Assembly: GCA_963742415.1 (NCBI GenBank)
Contig: CAVULX010000003.1
Coordinates: 768,001 to 832,000, forward strand
Direction of reading: 5' to 3'
DNA length: 64,000 nucleotides
Origin: an uncultured Parachlamydiaceae bacterium
GTDB taxonomy: Bacteria > Chlamydiota > Chlamydiia > Chlamydiales > Parachlamydiaceae
Position 1 is the first letter of the stretch; each line of letters opens with the position of its first letter. Both the position numbers and the translations under genes were made by a program. This document shows, in pieces, positions 63,426-64,000 of the stretch. The notes below the pieces were generated by a model. That model did no database searches, was not told the DNA's origin, and saw only the letters and a program-made list of their open reading frames with translations.

Positions 63426-64000
63426 ATGTTGCATGAACTTTATGAATGGAAGCCCGATCCTCAAGAAGAACAAATCGCCAGGGAAACTTTAGAAAGGTAC
63501 TCCGGGTCGGAAGTTGCTGACTTTCAACCGTATCTCCTCCTCACGAATTTTCCCAAGTATGTCCAATACTTTTCTGAAAAAAAAAAGGTGCCCATTTTGG
63601 AAGGGTCGATGTTCAAAGTGGCACACTCTCCAAAAGATCATGTGACTATTCTAGACTTCAAGATCGGTTCTCCTGCGGCAGCGCTCGTCATTGACTTGCT
63701 GGCCCATCTGCCGATCAAAGCAGCCCTTTTATTGGGGATGTGCGGAGGGCTAAGGAAACATTATAAAGTGGGGAATTACTTTGTTCCCATCGCCAGCATC
63801 CGAGGGGAGGGAACATCCGATTTTTATTTTCCGTCCGAAGTTCCTGCCCTAGCCAATTTTTTAGTCCAAAAAACCGTGACAAACGTTCTTGAAAAAGAAA
63901 AAGCCCAGTATCATATCGGGATCTGTCATACAACAAATAAGCGGTTTTGGGAGTTCAATACAGAATTTAAACACCGCCTTGAAACAACGCGCCCCCAAGC
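63426..64000 (+). CDS. amn: AMP nucleosidase (runs off window end; absent from ORF track)
   Basis: Manual translation from ATG 63426: LERYSGS..YLLLTNF..FKIGSPAAAL..LGMCGGLR..IRGEGTSDFY..TTNKRFWEF. Confidence 0.93.
   Translation, partial: MLHELYEWKPDPQEEQIARETLERYSGSEVADFQPYLLLTNFPKYVQYFSEKKKVPILEGSMFKVAHSPKDHVTILDFKIGSPAAALVIDLLAHLPIKAALLLGMCGGLRKHYKVGNYFVPIASIRGEGTSDFYFPSEVPALANFLVQKTVTNVLEKEKAQYHIGICHTTNKRFWEFNTEFKHRLETTRPQ

Noticed and set aside
63576..63588. A10 homopolymer in amn as a frameshift site
   Set aside because: The frame stays open and the AMP nucleosidase motifs continue in frame.

Overview
A 64 kb chromosomal segment from an environmental member of the Chlamydiae (chlamydial 16S signature CGGCGTGGATGAGGCAT; chlamydia-type rsmH-ftsL-ftsI-murE-amiA, nqrBCDE and efp-amn blocks). 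Most of it is housekeeping: msrA, aroC, dapAB, glgC, nhaD, a complete rRNA operon with no ITS tRNA, coaD, dtd, epmA and efp, plus a YafQ-type toxin-antitoxin pair. The most striking feature is at 41.25-43.13 kb. Two tandem, paralogous, exported Cys-rich genes share an N-terminal leader and a C-terminal six-Cys domain (C-x5-C-x5-C-x6-C-x5-C-x5-C, bufferin BufA2-like), but enclose completely different tandem-repeated Cys-containing cassettes (5x GGYYSGxxxCSSMGS; 3x PxWDHSCSHGCGS). This resembles multi-core RiPP or metal-binding peptide precursors, although no maturase is visible in the window. Also seen: two 1-nt frameshifts (nqrB; a hidden one in a DUF4864-type gene), a pair of related long palindromic repeats flanking dtd, a PTPMT1-like exported phosphatase, a motif-degenerate VanX-like peptidase and two exported or anchored kinase-like proteins. 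All product calls come from motif recognition by eye; no database search was run.
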